Part shown: positions 17,960 through 28,023 of the stretch, piece by piece | Numbering within the stretch: the first letter of the stretch is position 1 | Layout of the letters: each line of letters begins with the position of its first letter | Source of the DNA: a virus | Direction: 5' to 3' (one strand) | IMG/VR virus record: IMGVR_UViG_3300045988_110372 | Location: 17,924 to 81,923 of that record | Length of the DNA stretch: 64,000 bases | The notes under the pieces: generated by a model | Told to the model about the DNA's origin: nothing | Databases searched by the model: none | Seen by the model: only the letters and a program-made list of their open reading frames with translations | Translations under genes and position numbers: made by a program

Positions 17960-18487
17960 ATGGCTACAAGAAGAAAGAAAGAAATAAAGGAAGTATCATT
18001 GGAAGCAATGGAAAGACTTGCTCAGATTATGAACGACAGTCCTACTATTGCTAAAATGGGGAAAACAGAGTTTCCTATTACGGCTTTAAAACCCGGCACT
18101 CAATGGCTGATAGCGGAAGAATCGTGTAAGATACAAAAGGCAGAGAAAGGGAATATGGTCGATATAATCAAGCAGTATTCGGTTAATTTGCCCTCTGTTG
18201 CTCACGTAATAGTATTGGCTATCCTTAACGACAAAGACCGTATTTTCAGTGATTACAAACGTAAAATATACAGTGAGGAATACGAAGCTGTACGTGACAC
18301 GATAATGTGGAATACCAATCAGAAATACTGGATAGGTCTTTTGGTAGAGATTATGAACATGCTTTCGATGGACTATTTTTTCGAGAGTACCAACGCTATA
18401 ACAATGATAAGGGAGATGGCGTTGGGGATAAAGACGAGGATGGACGAACAGAAATCATTGTCAGCAGAACAGAATACGGACAGATGA
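17960..18487 (+). CDS. Tail assembly chaperone (G-like, zero-frame product)
   Basis: Lies immediately upstream of the tape measure. An ORF in the -1 frame overlaps it. Confidence 0.75.
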   Translation: MATRRKKEIKEVSLEAMERLAQIMNDSPTIAKMGKTEFPITALKPGTQWLIAEESCKIQKAEKGNMVDIIKQYSVNLPSVAHVIVLAILNDKDRIFSDYKRKIYSEEYEAVRDTIMWNTNQKYWIGLLVEIMNMLSMDYFFESTNAITMIREMALGIKTRMDEQKSLSAEQNTDR

Positions 18488-18687
18488 TTGACTTCCTCAA
18501 AGCTAACCCTTATGTAACTAGAGAGGAATATCTTTGGGAATGGACTATACCGCAGATAAGGCTTGCTTCTTACGACTTCACACATGTAAGATACCTTTCT
18601 GAAAAAGAATCAGAGAACAAGAACGCACAATCCTTTGACAATCCCGAAGATTTGATGAAGGCTTTAGGTCTTAAACCTACGATTTAA
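17960..18687 (+). CDS. Tail assembly chaperone, -1 frameshift fusion (GT-like product)
   Basis: Frame of 18307-18687 is -1 relative to 17960-18487. Slippery T_TTT_TTC lies at 18376-18382 in the overlap. Expected junction reads ...MDYFF/REYQRYNND... Confidence 0.65.
18376..18382 (+). promoter_or_regulatory. Programmed -1 frameshift slippery heptamer T_TTT_TTC
   Basis: The zero frame reads tat ttt ttc gag, which fits the X_XXY_YYZ pattern. Confidence 0.65.
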
Positions 18688-18698
18688 AACTTATATAT

Positions 18699-21600
18699 AT
18701 GGCAGAAGATTTTGCAATAGGTAAAGAGTTGGAGATACCGAAATCGGTACTTGACAATATAGACAAGATAGACAAGAAGATTAACGACATATCTAAAGAT
18801 TCTGAATTGATGGCACAGAAGTTTGGCTTGGCAATGACTAAAATGGCATCCAATTCCGACAGCTTGCTAAAGAAGTTGACCGAGATGCAGTCTAAGATAA
18901 ATTCTATGGATATATCAAAGTTTGCACAAGGTGTTTCTAATGTAAGCAAAGGAACTGCCCAAATAGAACAATTCTCAAACGCAATATCAAAGGCTGCTGC
19001 TGCTATCAATAAATACAACAACAGTCAGACTAAACAGAAGTCTGTAACAAACGACAAGGAAATAGAACGGCTCAACAAGGAAATAGAGGCGTTAAAAAAG
19101 AAAACGGAGCAATTAGAAAAATATAGAAAAAAACAGAAGCAAGTAACCGAAGAACAAAGTAGTTCACGAGTTAATACAAAAGCTATTGATGCCTACAACC
19201 GTGCTATGGCTAGTTCGGAAGCTTTGGTTACTCAACGTATCAACAAGATAGCGAAGCTTCGTCAGGCAGAAGAGATGCTTTTAAAGACAGGCAAAGATTA
19301 TTCTGCAAACATATCTAAGATTCGTTCAGAGATAGAAAGACTGAATAAACTAAATCAAGGTCAGGTAGATTCTTACGGAAGGATAATAAGGTCACATCAG
19401 AATCTGATGAATACCTCCGACCAGTTAATGAGAAAGCTTGCTTTGATTTTCTCTGTTTCTCAGATACAAGGCTATCTTATGAACTTGGTTAAAGTTCGTG
19501 GAGAATTTGAATTGCAGAATACCGCACTTGCTTCTATCTTACAGAATAAAGATAAAGCCGACAAGTTGTTTGCGCAGATTACAGAATTGGCGGTTAAGTC
19601 ACCTTTTACATTGAAGGAATTGACTACTTATACAAAGTCTTTGTCTGCTTATCAGGTAGAATACGAAAAGTTGTACGATACAACTAAAATGCTTGCTGAT
19701 GTATCGGCAGGTCTTGGTATAGATATGCAACGATTGATTTTGGCTTTCGGACAGGTGAAAGCCGCGAATGTTTTGCGTGGAACTGAAGTAAGGCAATTTA
19801 CAGAAGCAGGTCTTAACATTCTTGGTGAACTTGCTAAATACTATACTGAACTTGAAGGCAAAATGGTTACGATAGGAGAAGTACAAGACCGTGTTACCAA
19901 GAAAATGGTTGCTTTTGGAGATGTGGAAGAAGTGTTTAAGCGTGTAACATCAGCAGGAGGTATATTCTATAACATGCAGGAAAGACAAGCTGAAACTTTG
20001 GCGGGGCAAATGTCAAACTTGCAGGATAGTATAGATATTATGCTGAACGATATAGGTAAGGCAAATGATGGCATAATTAAAAATATCGTAGCTTCTGTAA
20101 GAACTATTGTAGAAAATTGGGAAATATTTGCCAATCTTATAAATGCAGCTTCGGTAGGGTTTGTTTTATACACAGCTAAAGTTTTACTTGCCGCTAAAGC
20201 CAACAATGCCTTTGCTGCAAGCTCTATTGCTGCTACTGCCGCACAAAGTGGTCTTGTTGGTGCTACCGCTAAAACGATTAAAGTATTTAACTCTTTGATT
20301 GCTTTTGCTAAAGCCAATCCGTTTGTAATGATTGCTTCCGCAGTAGCATATTTAGGTTATGAACTATACGACCATGTAAAGAAAGTTGAGGAAAATAAAA
20401 AGGCTTATGATGTCTTAGTAAACAGTGTAAAAGAAACAGGAAAAAGCTTCAACTCTATCACTTCTAAAATAGAAGAACAAAATGAAAAAATAAGAAAATC
20501 CTTAGATTCACTAGAATCCATAAAGAAAGGAACTAAGGAATATTACGAAGTAGAAAGTGAAGCCAACAAAGAAAGAGAGAAGTTAAATACACTTCTTAAT
20601 GATTTAAAAAACAAATTCCCCGAAGTATATAGTGGAATTGTAAAGCAAAAGGACGGAACGGTAGATTTGACTTCTGCCCAAAAAATATTAAATGAGGAAC
20701 TTGAAAAAACAACATATCTGTCATATCTGTCAAGACAAACCGAAACTTTTTGGAATGAAGGTCTTGTAGAAAACATAAAAGATGCCTCAAAGGAGCAGCA
20801 AAACTATAAGTCAAGCATGGATAACGTTTCTAGCGGATTTATTCAAATGAGTGCAAGAATAAAGGAATATTTTGCTACAAATAAATACGCTTCTAAAGAA
20901 TTGCAGAAACAGCTTGACGATATTGCAAAAAGCTCCATGTCTACATACGATAAGATACAGAAGATGTATTTTGTAGTAAGTAATACAACAGGTGTAAATA
21001 TTGGAGATTTGAGAGATATAATATACGATTATCAAGAAGAAGCTAGAAAAGCCGAAAAAGCTAACGATGCTCTCAATGATTCAAATGGTAAACTTTCTGA
21101 AAGTATAAAGCAAATAGCGGAAGGATATAAGTCTGCTTTTGACATTTCAACAGAAGAAGGCAGAAAATCTGCGCAAAAAGCCACAGAAGAGTTTATAAGG
21201 TTGCTTGATATTAAAGACGAAGCTGTTAGAAAGTTTGTTCAAACCCAATTTGAAGTAAATATAGGGGTAAAGCTTAACATTGAAGGAAAGATTGAAAAGC
21301 AATTCTCTGATATGGAGAAAAGAGTAAATGATTACCTTAAATCCAAAGAGTTTTCTTTAATCCCTAAAGTTGAAGCAGGAGAGGGCACTTCTAAATACTT
21401 TAATGACCTTAAAAATGAATATAAGGACTTAGTAGAAGAAGCAGAAAAGATAAAAAGGGCTAATCAGGAATTGTACCCTGACAAGACAAATGCACAAAGA
21501 CTTGATGAGTTGAATAAAAAGATGGTTCAAGTCAAAAACACCCTTAAAGACTGGGGTGAACTTGAAGAAAAGGGAACTAAGACTTCAAAGCAAAATCCTG

Positions 21601-23897
21601 AATTGAAACGTCTTAAAGACCAAATAGCATTAATCAAGAAAGCAGGAGATGAATACAAGAAGCTAAGACAATATTACAGCGAAGAAGATGCTATCAAGCA
21701 GGTACGTGAATCGTTTGCTGATGCTTTCAGTAATTTAGACCTTGACATTGCTATGTCATTTGATACGGAAGGAGTTGTAAAAGGTATAGAAAACCTTACC
21801 TACAAAACAATACAAGGCGGTAAGGAAGCCGTAGATGAAGCTTTAGCACCTCTGAAATCCGAACAGAATATCAAGGTTAAGGCAGAAGGTCTTGAAGAAA
21901 TACAAAGACAGATTGATGATATTTTCTCTAACTATGAGTTTAACCTCGAACTTCAATCAGCAGGAATAGATGCAGGTGCTTTCAAGAATATGCTTCAAGA
22001 TTTAGGAGTAACTGACGAAGAGATATCTATGGTTGGTCTTGACGCTACTACTTTTGAAGAAGTTGCTGAAAAGGTAAGAAAGGTTATATCTGACTTACAG
22101 AAACAAGGCGGTGACGACCAAATAAAGCAAGCTAGAAAATTCCAAGAGCAGCTTACGGCTTTGGAAGTAAAGGAAGCTAGAAAGAGATTCGATGAACTTG
22201 CTAAACTACGTGAGAAGTATCAGACCAATCAAGAAAAGATGCAGACAGTTCAGACCAATCTGTTTGCCGACAAGGACGCTTTAGCTTTATTGGAAGAACA
22301 GAAAGCTATGGGCAAAGCCGTAAACAAGGAGCAGGAAGAACTGTTGAAATTAAGAATACAAGCTGGCGAGGATGCTCTTTTACAGTTAAAGAGTGAAGCG
22401 TTGCAGCTTACGGACTTTTGGCAAAGACTATTCGGTGACTTGAATGATATAAGCGTAAATTCATTGCTTGAACTGTCTAGGATAACCGATGAAATTATTG
22501 CTAACAGAACAGAGATAAAAGGCGACAAAGGTGATATAAAAGGATATTCTTCGTCTTATACGGATAAGGACGGAATAACCAAGCAGGTTACACTTACAAA
22601 ACAGCAATATCAGCAGTTACTGAAACAGAATAATCAGGTTGCCGATGAAATACAGAAGAAGAATCCTTTCCGTGCGTTGTATGAAGCCATACTGAAAGGC
22701 AAGCAGGAAGGAGAAACACAGCTTGACTATTATACTAGACTTGAAAGTATTATAAACAGTGTATCTGATGCAGCGTTTGGAGCAGCCGAAAACCTTATGG
22801 ATATATTCGGTGCAAGTGACGAAGCAAAAGAAATGCTTAACAATATCAAAGGTATAGCTGACGGTGCTGTAAGTTTGGGAATGGGTGTAGGACGTATAGC
22901 GTCAGGAGATATTATAGGCGGTGGCTTGCAAGCTATAAGCGGTGTGGCAAGTGTAGTCAAGTCAATAATAAATATCCACGACAACAAACGAGAAAAAGAG
23001 ATTCAGCGTCAAATAGATTTGATAGAAGAATTGCAGCGTTCTTATGAGAAGTTGCAGGGAGCTATCGAAGGTGCATATTCTATCAACACATACAAGGCTT
23101 CATACGAACAGTCTGTTGCTAATTTGGAAGCACAGAATGAGGCTTTGAGAAATGCAATAGCAGCGGAACAAGACAAGAAGAAACCTGACGATGATAGAAT
23201 AAAGGAATGGCAGAATCAGATACAAGACAATCTTGACGCTATAAAGGAATTGGAAGAACAGTTTATAGCTGACTTAGGAGGATTCGGAAGTGATGCAAAT
23301 GTCAAGTCTGCCGCACAAGAATTTGCTGATGCTTGGCTTGAAGCCTATATGGAAACTGGTGACGGTCTTGATGCTCTTAGCGACAAATGGGATGAGTATA
23401 TTCAGAATGTAGTAGCCAAACAGTTGATGCTGAAAGGCACTGAAAAGTATTTGAAACCTGTCATGGATATGCTTGACGGTATGTTGCAGGATTCAGTATT
23501 TACACCGAAAGAAGCGGAAGAGATACAAAATAAGATAGACCAAGTTATACCTCAGTTAAATGAGTTTTGGAAAGCGATAGCCGGAAGCTTTGATTTAGGT
23601 GCTGCGGACGAGGGTGATACGATGAGTGGATTGTCTAAATCTATAAGCGGTATCACAGAAGAAACCGCTGATGCTTTGGCTGCAATAACTGAAAGTATAA
23701 GATATTTTAGTGCGGACACAAACGTCAAGGTTAGCGGAATATATAACTTCTTGTTAAATCCACCAGTAGAAAGTCCTTTGTTTGCCGAAATGAAAATGCA
23801 GACTGAACATTTGAGATTGATGTATAATCTTTGGAACTCAATGTCTAAATCAAAGGCAGGTGTTCAAGGACGTGTATTGAAAGTGGAAGTAGTGTAA
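18699..23897 (+). CDS. Tape measure protein
   Basis: 1732 aa, mostly coiled coil, with a central hydrophobic Ala/Gly-rich segment. It follows the chaperone pair. Confidence 0.9.
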   Translation: MAEDFAIGKELEIPKSVLDNIDKIDKKINDISKDSELMAQKFGLAMTKMASNSDSLLKKLTEMQSKINSMDISKFAQGVSNVSKGTAQIEQFSNAISKAAAAINKYNNSQTKQKSVTNDKEIERLNKEIEALKKKTEQLEKYRKKQKQVTEEQSSSRVNTKAIDAYNRAMASSEALVTQRINKIAKLRQAEEMLLKTGKDYSANISKIRSEIERLNKLNQGQVDSYGRIIRSHQNLMNTSDQLMRKLALIFSVSQIQGYLMNLVKVRGEFELQNTALASILQNKDKADKLFAQITELAVKSPFTLKELTTYTKSLSAYQVEYEKLYDTTKMLADVSAGLGIDMQRLILAFGQVKAANVLRGTEVRQFTEAGLNILGELAKYYTELEGKMVTIGEVQDRVTKKMVAFGDVEEVFKRVTSAGGIFYNMQERQAETLAGQMSNLQDSIDIMLNDIGKANDGIIKNIVASVRTIVENWEIFANLINAASVGFVLYTAKVLLAAKANNAFAASSIAATAAQSGLVGATAKTIKVFNSLIAFAKANPFVMIASAVAYLGYELYDHVKKVEENKKAYDVLVNSVKETGKSFNSITSKIEEQNEKIRKSLDSLESIKKGTKEYYEVESEANKEREKLNTLLNDLKNKFPEVYSGIVKQKDGTVDLTSAQKILNEELEKTTYLSYLSRQTETFWNEGLVENIKDASKEQQNYKSSMDNVSSGFIQMSARIKEYFATNKYASKELQKQLDDIAKSSMSTYDKIQKMYFVVSNTTGVNIGDLRDIIYDYQEEARKAEKANDALNDSNGKLSESIKQIAEGYKSAFDISTEEGRKSAQKATEEFIRLLDIKDEAVRKFVQTQFEVNIGVKLNIEGKIEKQFSDMEKRVNDYLKSKEFSLIPKVEAGEGTSKYFNDLKNEYKDLVEEAEKIKRANQELYPDKTNAQRLDELNKKMVQVKNTLKDWGELEEKGTKTSKQNPELKRLKDQIALIKKAGDEYKKLRQYYSEEDAIKQVRESFADAFSNLDLDIAMSFDTEGVVKGIENLTYKTIQGGKEAVDEALAPLKSEQNIKVKAEGLEEIQRQIDDIFSNYEFNLELQSAGIDAGAFKNMLQDLGVTDEEISMVGLDATTFEEVAEKVRKVISDLQKQGGDDQIKQARKFQEQLTALEVKEARKRFDELAKLREKYQTNQEKMQTVQTNLFADKDALALLEEQKAMGKAVNKEQEELLKLRIQAGEDALLQLKSEALQLTDFWQRLFGDLNDISVNSLLELSRITDEIIANRTEIKGDKGDIKGYSSSYTDKDGITKQVTLTKQQYQQLLKQNNQVADEIQKKNPFRALYEAILKGKQEGETQLDYYTRLESIINSVSDAAFGAAENLMDIFGASDEAKEMLNNIKGIADGAVSLGMGVGRIASGDIIGGGLQAISGVASVVKSIINIHDNKREKEIQRQIDLIEELQRSYEKLQGAIEGAYSINTYKASYEQSVANLEAQNEALRNAIAAEQDKKKPDDDRIKEWQNQIQDNLDAIKELEEQFIADLGGFGSDANVKSAAQEFADAWLEAYMETGDGLDALSDKWDEYIQNVVAKQLMLKGTEKYLKPVMDMLDGMLQDSVFTPKEAEEIQNKIDQVIPQLNEFWKAIAGSFDLGAADEGDTMSGLSKSISGITEETADALAAITESIRYFSADTNVKVSGIYNFLLNPPVESPLFAEMKMQTEHLRLMYNLWNSMSKSKAGVQGRVLKVEVV

Positions 23898-23929
23898 TTT
23901 CTTTTTCATAATTCATATACAAATAAGTT

Positions 23930-23953
23930 AGCCACCCCGATTATGAGGTGGCT
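23930..23953. terminator. Bidirectional hairpin terminator
   Basis: agccacc pairs with ggtggct, followed by ttctttatt. It sits between convergent genes. Confidence 0.55.
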
Positions 23954-23960
23954 TTCTTTA

Positions 23961-24818
23961 TTATTGTCGTTCTCTTAAAATATCGTCTACTATCTTCTTG
24001 AAGTATTCCCTACCTTTTACCGTAATAAGAGTTTGTGTACCTGCCTTACCATTCTCTTCTCTGTTCCATTCTTTCAGAACGAAATACTTGTCTACATACT
24101 TCGCAATAGGTTTCAGTTTACCTTTAGCGTCACGATATATATACTTGTTATCAATCAGCATGAAGATAAATGCCTTTTCTCCTATTCCTAAAAGTTTGGC
24201 TGTATCACGGAAGTTTAGGTTATTTCCTCGTTCAATAAGACCGTTAAAATATTCCACTTTGGGGGCATCTTTTTTGATTTTGTTTTCTGCTTCAAGTAAT
24301 CTTTGCTCTTTACGCTTTAATGTTTCTTGTGCAATCATTAAGGCACGAGCCATAAGTTCTTCGGGGGTTTCATTTTCTTTGGCTAGCATATAACCACCCT
24401 GTTTGCGTATTGAGGGCAACACTTCACTTGTAACCCATTTTCTAAATGGTCTTACATTAGGACTATCTGAGAATAAAAGCACATCATAAAAGCCACTTTC
24501 ATTAACAAAATTAGCCATCGAATTGCCTGTTATTTCACCCTCACCGTGTTTTAGGGCGTGTAAATCAATGAGTTGCAAATCTTGTGGGTCTAATCTTGAT
24601 TTCACAGATGATGGATTTTTTAGACCAACAGCCTTGCAAATATCACTCAAACAAAACATAGGCTCATCATTCTTGATTATTACCCTTACATTACCAAACT
24701 CTTGATTGTTGAAAATCTGAATGCCTTTTTCGTTGGCAGACGCTGAATTTTGCAAGCTATCGTTTGCGGAATCAGAAAAATTCATTATCTTTGTCATACT
24801 TTGTATGATTTGCAGCAA
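23961..24818 (-). CDS. Antirepressor (Bro-N + KilAC domains)
   Basis: Bro-N-like FGNVRVIIKNDEPMFCLSDICKAVGL. C-terminal KilAC-like NFRDTAKLLGIGEKAFIFMLIDNKYIY. Confidence 0.8.
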   Translation of the reverse strand: MLQIIQSMTKIMNFSDSANDSLQNSASANEKGIQIFNNQEFGNVRVIIKNDEPMFCLSDICKAVGLKNPSSVKSRLDPQDLQLIDLHALKHGEGEITGNSMANFVNESGFYDVLLFSDSPNVRPFRKWVTSEVLPSIRKQGGYMLAKENETPEELMARALMIAQETLKRKEQRLLEAENKIKKDAPKVEYFNGLIERGNNLNFRDTAKLLGIGEKAFIFMLIDNKYIYRDAKGKLKPIAKYVDKYFVLKEWNREENGKAGTQTLITVKGREYFKKIVDDILRERQ

Positions 24819-24878
24819 ATATACTAATTAAAGCGTTAATTACAAAATGTATTTGCTTAAAAGTTAGCCATGCCTTAG

Positions 24879-25184
24879 TCAAGGTGTGGCTTTCTTGTAT
24901 TCTTCCGTAAAGTTGCTATACATATCCTTGTATATTCTCTGATTGTTAATCATCCAGCCGATGTTGCTTATTCCTTTGAATACGGCTCTTTTGCTTCTGA
25001 AAAACTCTTTGGATAATGTACCTATTGATACGTTTAATTCCTTGTGAAGATAATACCATACAAAATGCCTTGCAAGTGGTATCTGACTGCTTCTGCTTGA
25101 ACTGTAAAGTTTTTTTTCTTCAATTCCGAAATGTTTTGATGCAAATCTACTCAATTTCTCAATCTTCGATTCCATATAATACAC
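24879..25184 (-). CDS. DnaA domain IV-like HTH protein
   Basis: The pattern SRSSQIPLARHFVWYYLHKELNVSIGTLSKEF resembles the DnaA C-terminal DNA-binding domain. Confidence 0.5.
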   Translation of the reverse strand: MYYMESKIEKLSRFASKHFGIEEKKLYSSSRSSQIPLARHFVWYYLHKELNVSIGTLSKEFFRSKRAVFKGISNIGWMINNQRIYKDMYSNFTEEYKKATP

Positions 25185-25394
25185 TATGATTCAATTAATT
25201 CACTAATGTAATAATAATATCACTAAAATCCAAATATATTCGGTATTATTTATAACTATTTGATTATTAAGTCAATAAAATATTTTTATACTTATTAGTC
25301 TTGATTTGCTTGTATATATACTTTCGGTCAGCTTTGAGAAATCAAGGTCGTCAAGGCGCAAAGACAAAAGAGCGCAAGATAAATTTTAAAATTT

Positions 25395-25469
25395 ATGCAA
25401 ATCAAAACTATGGACGGTCAGTCTTATAACGTGACTGGCGCAGGTCAAGGTAATTTTAACACAGTGGGT
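25395..25469 (+). CDS. Exon 1 (25 codons) of the intron-split Cys-rich late gene
   Basis: MQIKTMDGQSYNVTGAGQGNFNTVG. A stop lies at 25380-25382 in frame upstream. The exon ends in gtgggt exactly on a codon boundary, and the final T forms the U.G pair of P1. Confidence 0.7.
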
Positions 25470-26579
25470 AAATAAGGCAGTTGCTCACTTAAAACTCCCT
25501 TAATTGCTGGAAACTCCTAACGTAAAGACGAGGACAATCAGCAGCCAAGTTCTTTGAAATGTTGATTAATATTGCTATATTTACAAATAAATGCATAATT
25601 ATATGGAAGGAGTAGTTTATAAATATACGTCTCCAAGTGGAAAGGTATATATAGGACAAACTTCAAATGAGAAAAGAAGACGTTCTGAGTTTTTTAGAAT
25701 TAATCAATCTTATGGTGAAAGTAAAATGGATAACGCAAGAAAAAAATATGGAGTTGAAAATTTCTTATATGAAGTTTTGTTCAGGGAAGAATTTGACGAC
25801 TTGGGTGTTATGGCTAAAACTTTAAATGAAAAGGAAATGTATTATATAAAACTTTTTGATTCATTTAAAAGTGGCTATAATATGAATGAAGGAGGTGCTG
25901 GTAATGTAGGATTTGAAATGCCAAATGATTCAAGATTGAAAATATCAGAAAACACTAAGCATACAATAAAAGAAAAAGGACATCCGATGAAGGGTAGAAA
26001 GCATACAGAAGAGAGCATAAATAAAATGCGTAAAAATACCCAAAAAAAGTTCGGTAAAGAAAACCCAAATTATGGATGGAAACCATCAAAGGAATTGATT
26101 GATAGGCTTTCTGAATTGTCAAAAATGAGAGTTGGAAATAAGAACCCGTTTTTTGGTAAGCACCATACCGAGGAAAATAAACAAAAATATCGAAATTTGT
26201 TTGGAAAGAAAGTTGTTCAAATAGATAAATTCACAGATAAGGTAATATCAATTTATGATTCAGCAAATGAAGCCGCTATTTCTGTATGTGGTAATATAAA
26301 AGCTGCGTCAGACATAGGAAAGTGCTGCAATGGATACATAAATAAAAAAGGCGTAAAAATAAAAACAGCTCATGGGTATAAATGGCAATGGTATCAACAA
26401 TTCGAAGAAAAGGTTCATCGACTATCGAAAGCATAGGTTAATCCGAATAAGCGAGTAGAGTACATTCAAGTGAATGGAAATGGGGAGCACCAAAAAGGTG
26501 AAGATATAGTCAAATCTGTATAGAAATATACAGCTGCTTTTAGGCGGGTTAGAATTAACGAATCTAACTGAATATTATG
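25470..26579 (+). mobile_element. Group I intron (phage T4 td-like, IA2-type) carrying a GIY-YIG homing endonuclease ORF
   Basis: P1 gtgggt/gctcac (IGS 25483-88). P3 ctccc (25495-99)/gggag (26483-87). P4 tgctg/cagca with GAAAC and CAAT internal loops. P7 gactat (26420-25)/atagtc (26506-11). P8 cacc/ggtg. P9 ctgtata-GAAA-tatacag. P9.2 gttaga/tctaac. Terminal G at 26579. Confidence 0.85.
25591..26436 (+). CDS. GIY-YIG homing endonuclease (I-TevI-like, with NUMOD3 repeats)
   Basis: GVVYKYTSPSGKVYIGQT...R..E...YNMNEGG. Three GxxHTEE/NPxxG repeats. C-terminal AHGYKWQW. Its last codons overlap the intron P7 strand. Confidence 0.9.
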   Translation: MHNYMEGVVYKYTSPSGKVYIGQTSNEKRRRSEFFRINQSYGESKMDNARKKYGVENFLYEVLFREEFDDLGVMAKTLNEKEMYYIKLFDSFKSGYNMNEGGAGNVGFEMPNDSRLKISENTKHTIKEKGHPMKGRKHTEESINKMRKNTQKKFGKENPNYGWKPSKELIDRLSELSKMRVGNKNPFFGKHHTEENKQKYRNLFGKKVVQIDKFTDKVISIYDSANEAAISVCGNIKAASDIGKCCNGYINKKGVKIKTAHGYKWQWYQQFEEKVHRLSKA

Positions 26580-27011
26580 GCTGCTGCTGGTATTGCTTCT
26601 TTCTTGGGTATTAACGGTGGTAATATCTTAGGTCGCAGCGGTTGGGGATGTAACGGTGAAGGTTGTTGCTCTGACAACACAATGGTAAACCGTTACGAAC
26701 TGAACATGGCACGTGAAGCAGATTCTCTGAAATCAGAAAATGCTTTGCTGCGTTCTCAGGTTTACGTTGACCAAAAGCTGGTTGATGTTGTGAACGACTA
26801 CACATCTAAGATTAACGCTTTGGGTGTAGAAGTACGTGCCAACAAGGATGCTCAGACTGCCGTTAACTTGCAGCAAACAGCTTTGAACGCTACTCAGACC
26901 GCTACAATTAGCGCAATGAGTGCTCAGATTGCTCAGTTGCAGTCTTTGTCACAGTTTATTGTACCAAGCAATAAGGTTTGCGACACTTGCTGCTGCGGTT
27001 GTGCTCAGTAA
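26580..27011 (+). CDS. Exon 2 of the intron-split gene: coiled-coil protein with Cys clusters (spanin-like or virion protein?)
   Basis: Track ORF 26577-27011 minus its ATG, which is the intron 3' end (..attatG). Contains GWGCNGEGCC and C-terminal CDTCCCGC. In frame with exon 1. Confidence 0.8.
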   Translation, partial: AAAGIASFLGINGGNILGRSGWGCNGEGCCSDNTMVNRYELNMAREADSLKSENALLRSQVYVDQKLVDVVNDYTSKINALGVEVRANKDAQTAVNLQQTALNATQTATISAMSAQIAQLQSLSQFIVPSNKVCDTCCCGCAQ

Positions 27012-27067
27012 GGATTTTTTGGGGCGGTGAAATATCTGCCCCTTAAACTTTTAAAACACTTTTATAT

Positions 27068-27523
27068 ATGCAATATACAAATTCACAGATTTTAGCAGCA
27101 GTATTAAACAAGTGGCTACAGCCAGTGGTGTTACAACTATCTCAGGCTAAGATGGCTTCTTTCCCTTTTGTTCAGGCAATAGAAAACAAGGTTAAATCCA
27201 TAGGTTTCGTAAGTCCGAACTGGTCATTGACTCAGGAATTATCTCCAATGATTGAACCTATTACAAACAGCATCGTACAGCCTATGCTGAACAAGTACCT
27301 GTCAAATGTTCCTGATGAAGCCATTCCTGCTATGGCACACGGAATTATAGACAAGGCTTTGGCTAACGGGAAATTGGAACTTATGGAAGGTAAGTTGATA
27401 TTTGACAAGGATGATTTGACTGAATTAAAGAAGCTGCTTGACTACAACCTTCCTTTGGGACAGACGGAGGGATATAGTGTCCGTACTGCTCCCTCCGAAA
27501 CAAGTACAGAAAAAGTATTATAA
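27068..27523 (+). CDS. Hypothetical late protein
   Basis: ORF track. Co-oriented in the late plus-strand module. Confidence 0.55.
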   Translation: MQYTNSQILAAVLNKWLQPVVLQLSQAKMASFPFVQAIENKVKSIGFVSPNWSLTQELSPMIEPITNSIVQPMLNKYLSNVPDEAIPAMAHGIIDKALANGKLELMEGKLIFDKDDLTELKKLLDYNLPLGQTEGYSVRTAPSETSTEKVL

Positions 27524-27591
27524 GATATAATCGAGCCAACGCCCTCGGCACGATTGTAGAATATTAATAGGGGGCTAAATTTTGTATAACT

Positions 27592-28023
27592 ATGAATTGC
27601 AACATGATTCAACCTGCGGTAATTACCGCTACGCTTGCGGCTGGCTCTACTACATCGCCTTACTATGCACAAGTAAACATCTCACAGCGTTTGTGCTACA
27701 AGACATGTGCTGATGTAACTCCAGTATTCAATCCTCAGTTCTCGGTGGTTTCTTTGGATTCGGTAGGCACTAATCAGTATGTAGCTACTATCCATGTAGA
27801 AGGTATCATTTCTTATGTACCTTGTGGCGGTGGATGCTGCACTAAGCAACAGCCGTTATCGCAGAACTTCACAATTCCTATCTACTCTACAACCGCACTG
27901 ACAGGCGCAACCGTAGCAGCAGGTAGCGTGGTAAATTCTGTAGCTGCTTCTGCTTGTCAGAATTGTAGCCGTGCATTTGTCAGCGAAACACCGCTTACAA
28001 TCACAACAGCCACAGCAGGATAA
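27592..28023 (+). CDS. Cys-cluster late protein (hypothetical)
   Basis: Contains CGGGCC and CQNC motifs. Ala/Thr/Val-rich. Codon use resembles the capsid gene. Confidence 0.55.
   Translation: MNCNMIQPAVITATLAAGSTTSPYYAQVNISQRLCYKTCADVTPVFNPQFSVVSLDSVGTNQYVATIHVEGIISYVPCGGGCCTKQQPLSQNFTIPIYSTTALTGATVAAGSVVNSVAASACQNCSRAFVSETPLTITTATAG

Noticed and set aside
26577-26579. ATG used by the ORF track as the start of the 144-aa ORF 26577-27011
   Set aside because: These three bases complete the conserved intron 3' end (ctgaatattatG). There is no promoter or RBS in front of them. An in-frame 25-codon exon ending in the P1 U.G pair lies at 25395-25469.
27022-27043. Hairpin ggggcgg..ctgcccc after the split gene as a rho-independent terminator
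   Set aside because: The stem is real, but the T-run precedes the hairpin on the plus strand rather than following it. Its terminator function is therefore uncertain, and I did not list it as a feature.
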